Assembly: GCA_013239625.1 (NCBI GenBank)
Contig: MU055522.1
Coordinates: forward strand, 1,116,001 to 1,180,000
Reading direction: 5' to 3'
DNA: 64,000 bases
Source of the DNA: Lama guanicoe
Taxonomy: Eukaryota
This document shows, piece after piece, positions 38,421-50,410 of the stretch. The translations under genes were made by a program, and so were the position numbers. Each line of letters starts with the position of its first letter. The stretch's first letter is position 1. The notes beneath the pieces were generated by a model. The model saw only the letters and a program-made list of their open reading frames with translations. It searched no databases and was not told the origin of the DNA.

Positions 38421-41166
38421 TTGAGAGAGCACTTTTCTTTTTAGGGCTCATGTGATTAGGTTGAACCCACCTGAGAAATCCAGGATTATTTAACCATTTT
38501 CAGGTCCATAATCTTCATTATATCTGTAAAGGCTCTTTTGCCATGCAATGTAACATGCTCAGGTTCTAGGGACCAGGGCCTGGGCCCAGGCACAGGGTGA
38601 TGGGGGGAGAGTAGCAACATCACTCTGCCCACCCTGGTCTCGGAATAAGGCTGGGTGATCAATTCCTAGGCACAGCTAATGCACCATGAAGGAGAGTCAG
38701 TTCTGGGCTGTCTTGAAAAAGAGGAAGATGTTCCAGCAGACTATTTTCTTCTGGGTCCACTGTATTTTCAGAACGGTAAATATTTTATCTTAAAGCAGCA
38801 TAATATCATCTTACCTTTGTGTTTAATACTATGCACCTCTGCTCTGTATAATACTATGTATGTATGTGCGCATGTGCGTGTGTGTGTGTGTACTCATTTC
38901 TTCTCTTAAATAACAAATCCAAGAGTTATATTATGATTCTAGCTTTTCAGATTAAAAACCTGAAATTATAAAGGGTAAATAACTAGTCTAAGTTCACACT
39001 GTAAATGTACAGAGACAGTCCCTGAACGAGGCAGTCTGGATGCCAACATAGAGAATTTACTCTATCGCATCAACTTGCACAGAAATGTTGCTCATAGACG
39101 TCCTGATACAGCGAAGTCATAAAAAATGAAGTTGCAGTGAGGACACACCTCCTCACGTAGCTCTCCATGTTTCACCAGCGTACAGAAATTATAAGTCCTT
39201 CCCCCACCAAAATTTGGTAAAAACAGAAAAAAAATGTAATAAATTTTAAAATGCCCAAAATGTTTTTCCAGAATGTAAAGTTCAAATAATTTTTAAAAAG
39301 AAGAAGGAATTATGTGCACTCTCTAACCTTTATCTATTGAAACCATCTTTCTAAGTCCATCAGGTAAAAATTTATTACCAAGTACTAAACTTTTTTTTCC
39401 TGTTTTTTCCTTTTTCTATTTAAAAAAAATATATATTGCCTTAATTGGCAGGGGAGGGATGTGAAATCTAGGTCATGGGTATTTCTCTGTAACTACTCAG
39501 CCTCCAAATGTCAGATTAAAAATATTGATGAATGAAGAAACACATCGTAGCTGCTACAGAGGCTCCGAGGAAAGGAAACAGTCTCTTACACGATCTGAGA
39601 AGAGGTACCCAAAACAAGCACGTGCGCGAAGAATTTGTTTTGAATGAGATTTTTTTAATTTTAAAAGATCTTTATGATCATCATTTTTTTAAGTCTTTCC
39701 TAATGAGAAAAGGTAGATTTGATGCATTTAGTTTTAAAGACTATAAAACCTTACTCAAGTGTCCAGTAAGTGGCTGAGAAAGGATTAAAAATTTGTTACT
39801 GACAGTAATTAGTTCTGTCTAAAACATTTCACATAAAATGGGTTGAAAGTCAGAAATCACATTGGGGGAAGAAAATAATAACCCAATAAGAGAATGTGAT
39901 TTCCAAACCATTTCAGCTGACATGAAACCTTGTCTTGAAAGTATTTAATTCCTCTAATTAACATCATAAAATAGGAAGAATCAAAGGAATATGAGCTCTA
40001 ACTTTAATTTTAAATAAAATAAAATAAAATGTAACTAATAATAATTAATTTAAGATACTTTTGCAGGGAAACTGGCAGGATTTGGGATAAAGAGAAAGAA
40101 AGAAGGGAGAGGAGACTAGAAAAAGAACACGAATGAAGCTCCCAGACTCAGCACCACGCCTCAAAGCCGGTCTGCACTTGGGGAGAGAGCAGATAAAAAA
40201 CAAAATGAAAAACTGTCTCTGATTACAAATTTAAGCAAAATAAATATAGAAAAGAAAGGTTTTCTTCAAACAATCCAGGCATGACTTAGGCAGAGCATAA
40301 AAGTTTATTTGAATTCAACTGTATATTTTCTTACTAAAGGAGGTTGTCTGCTCACTCTGGTTCAACTACTTTCTGGGGAAAAACTTACAATTCTTGGAGG
40401 TAACAGAACTGGCCTGTCTTGGGCTCCAGGTCCTTCAATTTCCACATCAATGCTTATTCCACGGCACCAGACAAGGAGACAGCAAGTTTGATAAATGGCA
40501 CCATAGGCAGTGAAAAGCAAACGACAAGAAAACATTTTTATTAAAAATAAAAGAATCCAGAGGTTGTCCTGAAAATCCTTTCCCTCTAATTTCTACTCTT
40601 TTAAAGGTTCCTTTTCAATCAATGATACAAGTTTTTCAATAAAGAGCAATCAATATGCCTTCATTACACACCTCCTGTGACTAGAATGTTTCACATTCTT
40701 ACAGCATCACAAAAGAAATACTGTTTCAATCTTTAACAACAAAAAAAGCGTCATTCTGATGACTATTTGAGATTCCAGAAGACTGACAGTCCTATGCAAC
40801 CTGATACTGAATGGCATTTTCTAGGATTGTTGCTAAAAATATTTATTTTTAAAATTTCACTTTATAAAAGTAATATTTTGGGATAAATCAAAAAAATTTT
40901 TAATCAAAAATTTTTAGAAAGCAAAAGATATAAATTGACCCAGCAGTTTACCCATTTCTCCCACCTCTTAGCCCCTGCCTCTGACAATAACCAATCTATT
41001 TTCCATATTTATGGGTTTGGGTTTTTTTTCAGATTTGACACATAAGAGAGATCATATAGCACTTGTCTTTTCATGTTTCACTTATTTTACTTAGCATGAA
41101 AACTTTTAGGAGCATCCATGTTGTCAGAAATGGACATGTCATTCTTCTTTACGGCTGTATAATTTA

Positions 41167-41220
41167 TAGATAGATGGATGGATGGATGGATGGATGGATG
41201 GATGGACGGACAGACAGACA
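41167..41220. repeat. (TAGA)(TGGA)n(CAGA) compound tetranucleotide repeat within L1
   Basis: Direct reading. Confidence 0.9.
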
Positions 41221-41359
41221 CATAGAATCACAAATTCTTTGTCTATTCATTCACTGATGGATACTTTGGTTGTCTCCTCATCTTGGCTATTGCAAACGAT
41301 GCTGCAAAAAAACATGGGGGTGCAGATATCTTTTTGAGTTAGTGTTTTCATTTAATTTT

Positions 41360-41624
41360 NNNNNNNNNNNNNNNNNNNNNNNNNNNNNNNNNNNNNNNNN
41401 NNNNNNNNNNNNNNNNNNNNNNNNNNNNNNNNNNNNNNNNNNNNNNNNNNNNNNNNNNNNNNNNNNNNNNNNNNNNNNNNNNNNNNNNNNNNNNNNNNNN
41501 NNNNNNNNNNNNNNNNNNNNNNNNNNNNNNNNNNNNNNNNNNNNNNNNNNNNNNNNNNNNNNNNNNNNNNNNNNNNNNNNNNNNNNNNNNNNNNNNNNNN
41601 NNNNNNNNNNNNNNNNNNNNNNNN
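41360..41624. other. Assembly gap (265 N) inside L1
   Basis: Run of N. Confidence 1.
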
Positions 41625-42414
41625 ACACCTACTGGCCATCTGTATGTCTTCTTTGGAAAAGTGTCTTTTCAGATCCTCTGCCCATTTTTTAACTGGATTT
41701 TTTTTTTTTTTGCTATAGAGCTTTGTGAGTTATTCACATATTTTGAATGTTATCCCCTGTGAGTTACATGGTTTACAAACATCTTCTCCCATTCAGGGGG
41801 TTGCCTCTTTCATCATGTTAATATTGCAGAAGTTTTGAGTTCAATGTTGCCCCACTTGTTTATTTTTGCTTTTGTTGCTTTTGCTTTTGGTGTCACATTC
41901 AAAAAATTATCTCCAAAGATCTGTGTCAAGGAGCTTTACAGTCTGTGTTTCCTTCTAGAAGTTTTATGGTTTCAAGTCTTACATTTAAGTATTTAATCCA
42001 AGTTAATGTTTGCACATGCATGTGGCTATCGAATTTCCCACTGACGAGACTGTACTTTTTCTATTGTATATTCTAGGCTCCTTTGTCATAAATTAATTGA
42101 CCATATATGTGTGGGTTTATTTCTGGACTCTCTCTTCTGTTCCACTGAGCTATCCGTTTTTATGCCAACATCATGTTGTTTTGATTACTGTGGCTTTGCA
42201 ATATAGTTCAAAATCAGGAAGCACTGTGCCTCCAGCTTTGTTCTTTTTCCCTCAAGAGTGCTCTGGATATTCTGGGTCTTTTGTGGTTCCATACAAATTT
42301 TAGAGTTGCTTGTTCTATTTCTGTGCATTTTCTTGAATGATTCCTACTTAACATTCTTCTCTCTACCTAACATTATTTGTAAGTCATTGTTCGATACATA
42401 CCACTTTTTTTTCT

Positions 42415-42645
42415 GGAGAACAGCCTAATGATTAAGAATGCAGGCTCCGAATTCAGGCTGCCTGATTTAGAAGCTCAGTTTTTAACTTTGGTCAGTTATT
42501 TAACGGCTTTTGTTCCATCCTTGTAAATGTGTTTAATAACAGTACTACCTACTTCATAGGGCTGCAGTGACCAGGACGATAATGTATGTAAAATACTCGC
42601 AGCAGTCTGGGCACAGACAGGCATTCCACAAGCATCTGTTGATTT
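42415..42645 (+). mobile_element. MIR SINE, near full length
   Basis: atgattaagaatgcaggctc...ggctgcctg...acctacttcatagggctg...tgtatgtaaaatact...ctgggcacagacaggc. Confidence 0.8.
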
Positions 42646-44393
42646 ATTTTCTTTATATTATCCTTCTAGTTCTTTACTATGTTTCCAGCCGTCTTGCCTT
42701 TCCAGTTTGCTGCTTCCAATGGGGTCTTCATTTCGATTTTGCTATTCAATATATTTTGTGAACACTGCCAACTTAGGTTTTATCTCCTTCTGTTGTCTTG
42801 CGATGACTTCTGCCAGCTTTGCGTCGAGATGTGCTTTATAAAAGTGTGTGATTCATTTTCTTTTAGTGTCTTGACATAAATCACTTTCTTCCCCCTTCTC
42901 TTTTATTTCTGAGTGAGGTGACTTCTTCCAGAATAAGCTACTAGCAAGAGCTTCCTGAGACGGGAGGGCTCAGGGATCTCCAGCCCCGAGGCATGTGTGT
43001 GACTGTGAACAAATGGCAGAGTAGTTAGCACTGTCGTTGTTTGGTAGAAGGAAATAGCATTTCCTGTTACAGGGAATTCCTGATTTTGTGAGTGATTTGG
43101 AATTTTATTGTTTCCAGGAAGAATGGGTAGGTCTTTGAAAGTAAATATGACTGGCAAGGAGGCATAATTGGAGGTAAGGGAATTGGAACAAGAGGCCATA
43201 CCATCACCAAAGGTGAAAGAATGATAAAGGATGCTGTGAGTCAGAAGAATGTGGGATGAGAACGAAGACTCACTGCAAACCCACTGTGTCTCACACACCA
43301 GGCATTTCCCCCGCAATAGACTCGAGAAATATGTTAGTACTTCCAAGAATTATTTACCTTATAAAATCAGAGTAATTTTTTGACAGTGATGAGAGGGGGG
43401 GAATCCTTCAGGCACCTTCCCAACAGTGTGGTTTTACTCTGGAGCAGACATAAGTGCAGGTGAGTCATTTCTTAGCCAAAGTCATAGTTCTTAATAACAG
43501 GTGATTTTTTTAAAAATCTTTTTGATTCTCTATAAAACAGTTGTACATATTATTTAACAAAATATTTACTTTTAGAATCATTTGGTGTGTTACATACTAG
43601 GCAGATATTTCATAATTTTGTATCTTGAAGGTAAGTGTCTTTCATAGACTGTATCATAAAGGAAAGACTGAAAACATTTGTGACTAGACCACCCTATGTA
43701 TTAGCATTTAATTCATCACATCTCCGTTGGTAATGGAGAATGCAGCCTGGACAGGAAAAAGAACCTGAAAGAGAGACCTAGGAAGCACCTGAACCAGGAA
43801 TCAAGGATGGAAGGCATAAAGTTGTCGTGATGATATTTTCTTGATCGTATTCAAAGTAACTGATGGGCTGATGTTAGGGAGTACAATGAAGAGGAGGATG
43901 AGTCAGTGAGCAAAGGTGGTCTTTTGGGTTTTGATTTTTGTTTGTTTTATGTTTTAGATCATTGGTAACTGCTGAGGCCACTGGCAAGAAAGGGACTGCA
44001 GTAGATAGAAGAGCTTCTCCTGTTGATATGGCAAGGAGGTTGAGTTTTCATTTTGAGGCGTGTGGGGGACTCTCAGGCAACAGCTCCCCAGGTAAGCTAG
44101 ATATTTAGTAGTTAACGGCATCAAAGTACTTTTTTGTCCTCTGGGTGCATTTTAAGCAGGTAGAGAAGAGGGCCAAGGGCAGAATCTGGGGGAAACACAA
44201 GCATTAGCATTGACCTGTTCAGAGAAAAGATCCAGAACAAAGGTATGCATGAAGAAAAAGTAACTGAGGGAACGTAATAGGAAAAAGACTGGGAAGATGG
44301 GAATTTAAAGACAAAAGATGACAGTCAATGGTATCAAACAGCATAAGGATCAACAAGGAAGTGAATTAAGAAAAGAATGTAAATATAAATTAA

Positions 44394-44489
44394 GAGTGTT
44401 TTTTTTTTTTTAATGGTGGTACTGGGGATTGAACCCAGGACCAGATGCATGTTAAGGATGTGCTCTACCACTGAGCTATTTCTCACTCC
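44394..44489 (-). mobile_element. tRNA-Ala-derived SINE (camelid vic-1-type) with A tail and TSD
   Basis: The reverse complement ATAGCTCAGTGGTAGAGCACATCCTTAACATGCATCTGGTCCTGGGTTCAATCCCCAGTACCACCA + A tail carries Pol III A/B boxes; TAAATATAAAT occurs at 44380-44390 and 44490-44500. Confidence 0.88.
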
Positions 44490-44619
44490 TAAATATAAAT
44501 CAATATTAAAATCAACCCAAGTATTCTCTTCCCAGTCTTGCTTCTGGTTGAAAAAAATCATTCAGTGGAGACTGTTCAGTCCATTACAAGTATCCTTACT
44601 TGAAAAGCAAACTCTAGTT

Positions 44620-45010
44620 GCAACAGGTACCTCTACACACCTTCTGGACTGGCTAAAATTGGAAAAAGACAACACCACATGTTGGCGGGGAACTGGTGCG
44701 TACACTGGAGTGTAAATGAGTTTTGAAAACTGGCAGTTTCTTCAAAAGCTGAACATTCACCTACTTTATGATCAATGATTGTAGTGCTGGGTATTCACTA
44801 AAGAAAAATAAAAATGCATGAAAATAAGAACTCTTATACAAAAAGGTTCGTATCAACTGTATTTACAATAGTCAAAACTTAGAAAGAACCCAAAAGGATA
44901 GTGGATAAGCCAAACTTGGTATGAAAGTACAGTGGAGTAAAACCTTGCACTCGAAAGGAAAACTGACATGCAACACCACAGATAGATCTCAAACAACCTA
45001 ACAGAACCAA
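44620..45010 (+). mobile_element. Ancient L1M fragment
   Basis: gactggctaaaatt...ttttgaaaactggcagtttcttcaaaagctgaacattcacctac...tatttacaatagtcaaaacttagaaagaaccc. Confidence 0.75.
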
Positions 45011-47137
45011 ATATTGACAATAAAAATGACACATGGAAATTGAAAGTTCTCATGAGTGTTCAATCAAAGTTACTTTCTAATGTATCCAGGGGAAGGATTC
45101 AGGCAAAGATGGTGGACAGGAGATTAGAGTGGTCAACAGACTAGGAACATTGACATTGAAGAACAAGTTTAATGAAGAAGGGAAGTGAACAAGTAGAAAG
45201 ATAAGAACTGTGGTTAGAAAGTTCAAACTTCCCAACAGTTCCAAGGGATGACAAAATCTAGATTTTTAGAATGGAAATAGTTTGCTAAGTGAGAAAGGGA
45301 GAAAAGTCATTTGAAGTGAAGGAAGCCAAAGATTTGCATGGCTAGGGCACTGGCTCCACTGCATCACAGAATTGGTGAGCAGACTACCCAGTGTATGAGC
45401 TGAAGAGTCAAGGCCCTGATGAAGCAGGATGTAAGCAGCTGGAGATGAAGTAATTTTCAGGAGAATCTCTCCAAGTCACCAGAACAGAGGTAGCTTTTAC
45501 AACTGCTCTCCACATTTCTAGCAAAAACCAAAATCTACATGTGAGACCCCTTTTTATACCAACTGTGTACAATTATTTTTGCCTTCCATTCATTGGGTAA
45601 AACGTCCTAAATTTGAAGCCTTGAGTGAATTTTTTCATTCATCAAAATGAATGTAATTGTCAGCCCTTGCTCATAATTGAGACACTGAATGGTGAGGACT
45701 AAGTTGCGACAGCAGAGTTAATTTCTGGTGTGGGCTCTGTGAAGACGCTGCGGCTCCGCCACGATTAGACAACGCTGCTGCTCATTCTGGCCGGGACCAG
45801 GCTGGGCCGCCCTTCCGATACTGGCATGAAACACACAAGAACTTCATGACTCATTAGAGGCAGAAAGTCAGGCCTCTTGGCCACGACCTAAAGGGGCCAG
45901 TTAGGTTGGGGTGATGAATAACCGCGTCCTCACTGGCGCTGCCCCTCGCTGATCTGGGGTGGCGGCAACGGCAAGATACTAACATACTCACTGCACCCCT
46001 GGAACTTAACGGAAAGACTCGTCCCTGCTTATTCCACTGAATGCAGTCCTAGAGATGATTTCTAATTCTGCCCATTTACTTGAAGGACTTTATTGAATTG
46101 TACAAAATGAACAAGGCAAAAATTAATATCTCAATTTCTTGAGAAAGGATTTGGAGCTACTTAGACATATTAACGGATTTTTGTTGTTTGGATTTCTTGC
46201 TTCTGTTTTTCTTATTCTACAATTAAATGGTCTTGATGCCACCTCTCTGGATGCTAGCTATTATCATTGCAGGGTGGGAAGATGGGGTAAACGGAGAATG
46301 GATATTTAACTCGTAAATAATGCGAATATAAATACATTTTCATACAACATTCCTTTTGGTGATGATTTTACTACCACATAACTGAGATGTGCTCATTTTT
46401 TAATAAACAGACTATTTTTCTATCCTGGGTTATGTGCTTTCGACATTACATTTCTAAAAGAAAGTTTTAGGTTTTGATCACTATCTTGGAGTTTTAATTT
46501 TTAAAGAGGCCTTCAAGATCATTTTCATTTTGAAGCTGATATGACTCTCATGTTTGAATAATATACATAAAGGCGCACGGAGCCAGGGGACCCACCATTC
46601 TAGGTCATGTTCACGTTCTGTGTGCATGTGAATGTCCTCTTTCACAATTTTGCTGATGGTTGGTAAATTAAAGAGAGATCTACATGCTGATTAAATCAAG
46701 ATTTACTGTTAATAGATCATAAAAATGGAACAAGGAAAATGACTTTCAAATTCTGAACTTGCCTACGTACCTGGCAGGAATTGGCTGGGAGGTAGGCATG
46801 ACTGTGGACTCCTGGTGTAGAAAGGTACTCACTATTATGCTGCACGAGGTGGTTTCAAGTGCCCTTCCGAAGCCTATTTCTGATGCAATGCGGTCCATGC
46901 ACACAAACACCTACCAGCCTCATGTGCCCACAAGAGCGCGACATAACGAGGTAATCAAATGGCTCAGGCTTAACTCCTCTCCCTAATTCTGACAACACAA
47001 TAATTTCCCCACCAAATCCTCTTCATCCTATTTCGAGGGAAATCAGCTCGAAGTTGTGGTCCCTGCTTTTCTGAGCTCGGGAGTGATCATGTGACTGAGA
47101 TCTGGTTAATGGAAGTGAGGGGAAGTCACTATTTCCC

Positions 47138-47592
47138 CTCAAACTGGAAACAAGTCAAATGTCCATCAGCAGGAGGATGGATAAATAATTGTGGAACACT
47201 CATACCAGGGAAGATTACTCAGCACTGAGAGAATTAACGATTAATAAACGTAGCAACCTGGATGAATCTCAAAATAGTCATGCTGAGTGAAGGGCACAAA
47301 AAAGAGCACATGTTGTGTTACTCCATAACACAAAAGTCTTGAAAGTACAAACTAATCTACAGTGACAAAAAGCAGATCCAGGGGCTACCCAGGGAGAGGA
47401 TGTAAAAGGATTGGACGGCGGCATTACAAAGGGGCACGGGGAGAACTTTGGGAGCAAGAACCAGGTTCTCTGTCTTGATTACAATGATGTTTCCATGGGT
47501 TTATACATGCGTCAAAGTTTATCACATTGTACACTTTAAATAAGCACTGTTTATTATATGTCAAGTGTACATCATTACAGTTATTTTTAAAC
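47138..47592 (+). mobile_element. Ancient L1M (L1MC/MD-like) 3' end
   Basis: aaactggaaacaagtcaaatgtccatca...tggatgaatctcaaaatagtcatgctgagtgaa...ttgtacactttaaata. Confidence 0.85.
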
Positions 47593-47639
47593 AACTATGT
47601 ACCAGACTAAAGGGCAGGTTAAACATGTATCCTAAATTC

Positions 47640-47950
47640 TATTTACAAACCAAAAACAGACTCAGGGACATAGAAAACAACCTATGGTTACCAAAGGGGA
47701 AAGAGTTAGGGGGATACATTAGGGGCTGGTGATTAACAGACACACACGACTGTGTATAAAATAGATAAACAACAAGGACCTACTATATAGCACTGGGAAC
47801 TATATTTGATTTCTTTAATAACATATAATGGAATAGAATCTGAAAAGAAAAAATACATATGTATGTATAATTGAATCACTTTGCTATACATCTGAAACAT
47901 ATTGTAAATCAACTACACTTCAGTAAAAATTTTTTTGAAAAAAGAAAAAA
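47640..47950 (+). mobile_element. 5'-truncated L1 3' UTR
   Basis: atttacaaaccaaaaacagactc...atggttaccaaagggga...aacaaggacctactatatagcac...tcaactacacttca. Confidence 0.9.
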
Positions 47951-48109
47951 ATCACGCATCCTAGGCATTTAAAATGGCAAATGCCACAGTTTTGTGTATG
48001 AAGGTGCATATGCCTCTGTCAACTGTTTCAAGTTAGCCTAAAAACTGAATGATGCTTATCTGCTTATCATATCAAGCTCAGATTCCTTACTCCCTTTTAG
48101 ATTTTATTT

Positions 48110-48505
48110 ACCATCACTTCTTTCCAACTCATATATGCCCTGTGTTTTAGCCTCACTATACAACTGGCCATCTCCCAGGGAGATGCTGTAATTTCATGCC
48201 TTGATTTTGTTCATATCCTGCCCTCCCTTTACAGCTTCCTTTCCTCCAACTTTCTCTGCTATGAATCAGTCTCAAATGAACTTCCCATCCTTTCTGGTAC
48301 TTCCCCAAGCCATGTTTTTTCATTTTTTTTAAGTTTTAGTTCCAAAAGCACTTAGTAGACACTAAGTTTAGAATTTGTTATGTGATAGTAGGCTAAGGCA
48401 GGAATATTTTCATTTACCCTGGATGCCCAGCAACTAGCCTGGCCCAGAGCAACTGCCAGGGGTCCTCAAACAGGTCAGTGAATAAAACAGCAAGCGAATG
48501 AATAA
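48110..48505 (+). mobile_element. L2 3' fragment
   Basis: Pyrimidine-rich body ending cccagcaactagcctggccc...gtgaataaaacagcaagcgaatgaat. Confidence 0.5.
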
Positions 48506-48539
48506 TCTTATTAAAGATTTTAGTAAAAAGCTCTTATTC

Positions 48540-48586
48540 ATGGAAGCTAAATGTCCACCGAGAGATGATTGGATAGAGAAGTTGTG

Positions 48587-48643
<57 letters not shown>

Positions 48644-49160
48644 CAGTGAAATACTATATATTTCACATATACAGTGAAATACTACTCAGCCATAAAAAAG
48701 AAAGAATGCCATTTGCAGCAACATGGATGGACATAGAGATCATCATACTAAGTGAAGTTAAGTCAGAGAAAGAAAAATACCATATGATATCACTTATATG
48801 TGGAATCTAACAAATGACAAACAAATGAACTTATTTACAAAATAGAGACAGACTCACAGACACAGAAAACAAACTTATGGTTCCCACGGGAGGAAAAGGG
48901 GGAGGTGGAGGGATAAATTGGGAGTTGGAGATTTGCAGATACACACTACTGTGTATAACATAGATAAACAACAAGATGCTACTGTAGAGCACAAGGAATC
49001 ATGTTCAATGCCCTGTAATAACCTATAATGAAAAATAATATGGAAATGAATATATGTATGCATATAATCGAACCACTTTGCTGTACACCTGAAACGAACA
49101 CAACGTTGTAAATCAACTCTACTTCAAAGTAATAAATAAATAAACTAACTAACTAACTAA
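48540..49160 (+). mobile_element. 5'-truncated L1 with an internal (GT)n(AT)n microsatellite and an (AATA)(AACT) tail
   Basis: ctaaatgtccaccgagagatgattggatag...gccatttgcagcaacatggatggac...gctgtacacctgaaac...tcaactctacttcaa. Confidence 0.92.
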
Positions 49161-49249
49161 CTTCTGGTCAAATAAATGTAATAGGCACCTCAGACTGAAT
49201 ACTTCCAAACATCATGGCAATCAGGAAAAACAGTGTCACCATCTGAGGT

Positions 49250-49365
49250 GGTCCTTTTACAAAAAAAGGAACTGAGGCTCAGAAAAACAAGCGGTCTTCC
49301 TAAGGCCGCAGGACTAATAAATGGCAGAGTGACAACTGAGCGCCAGGTCTCTTCCTGACTCGCAG
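49250..49365 (-). mobile_element. MIR fragment
   Basis: ttttacaaaaaaaggaactgaggctcaga...aaggccgcaggactaataaatggcagag. Confidence 0.7.
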
Positions 49366-49959
49366 TCTGCCCTGTGGGGGGAGCAGAAGGACCCTGGTCT
49401 GTGTCCTGGTCCAGCGGCTCTACGATCTACACAAGCTCCTGTCACCGCCCTGATGACACAGTTTGTCTTCTGGAGTCAGATTTCTTCATCACCAGCTCTC
49501 AACTTTATTCAGAATTTTTCAAATGTTTTGTTTCTGGCAGGAGGCACATACTCAGATACCAGCGTGGTTGTCTCCCGACACTGTCCTCAACCCACATGTA
49601 CCTGGACCTTCCACAGACCCTACTGTTTTCAACTCTTTCAAGTTCTCTGCATCTTTCTCCACAATGAAAATGAAGGATACTTGGAAGAAAACGTGAAAAT
49701 ATTCACCAGGAACTTCGGACACTAGGACAAGATGTCTTCACAGTCCCTAGCAAGGCTCATTGAAAGATAGGGCTACACTCTTACTGAGACAACATATGCC
49801 CGGGGGGGAGGGGAAACGGTGGTAATCACTGGGTGATGGTCCCTTGAGGTTTTCACAGGAATATGGTAACAAGAAGATTATATGATGAGATCAATGCAGA
49901 GGATCTAAAACCATCATGGAATTGCAGAACCTGTAATGACGGGTGCCTTCAGCATCCAT

Positions 49960-50410
49960 CCCGGTTCCCAAGCTGGAAGCCAGAAGTCATGTGGACTTCT
50001 TCTCTGTCCCTCATCCTCCACATTCTCCCTCCGCCAGTCCTGCTGACACCACCTCCAAGATGCCTCTCCTCCATCCCATCACCCACGCCAAGCCGTTCTC
50101 CTGTGTCACCTGGCACGGGCATGGCTTTCTACTGGTGTAGACAGTTCCACCCCCAACTCCTTCCCTCCTCTCTCCACCTGAAAATCATGGTCATCCTTTC
50201 AAACTACAAGCCAGATTCAACATTACCTGCTTAAATTTTCAAAGGCTTTTCATGAAGTGTAGAATGAAACCCAAACTCCCCTCTGCGTCTCACAAGGTCC
50301 TATGTGGTCTGCTCTACTGGCCTCTGGACCCCCTCTCCTCCTCAGGACCCGGCAGGGCCATGTGAGCGCCTGTGCAAAGGTTCCAAGAGCAGGCGTTCTT
50401 CCTGCTCTCA
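49960..50410 (+). mobile_element. L2 fragment
   Basis: agtcatgtggacttcttctctgtccctcatcc...tcctttcaaactacaagccagat...cctgcttaaa...agaatgaaacccaaactcc. Confidence 0.65.

Larger units (their letters stand above)
37342..38635 (-). mobile_element. MaLR LTR (MLT1E/F-like) split by an L1 insertion
   Basis: 5' piece ...ctggagaagaatct...ttgcggttgtaggactgaggtccc (37342-~37715); the LTR resumes at ~38430 with agggctcatgtgattagg...ttttgccatgcaatgtaacat. Confidence 0.8.
40930..42330 (-). mobile_element. Older L1 (L1MA/MB-like) with decayed ORF2 3' fragments
   Basis: ggggtgcagatatctttttgag...ctggccatctgtatgtcttctttggaaaagtgtct...tgcctccagctttgttctttt...tggttccatacaaattttag. Confidence 0.9.

Noticed and set aside
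6038-41692. ORFs containing long X runs (6.0, 9.0, 38.0 and 41.3 kb)
   Set aside because: They are open only because they span N gaps
43387-43630. Strong + strand donors (CAG|gtgagt at ~43459, AAG|gtaagt at 43630)
   Set aside because: The upstream segments are short with unrecognisable peptides; isolated consensus sites are expected by chance in 64 kb
44412-44489. Possible functional tRNA-Ala gene
   Set aside because: Acceptor stem and anticodon arm are disrupted; the A tail and TSD indicate a retroposed SINE
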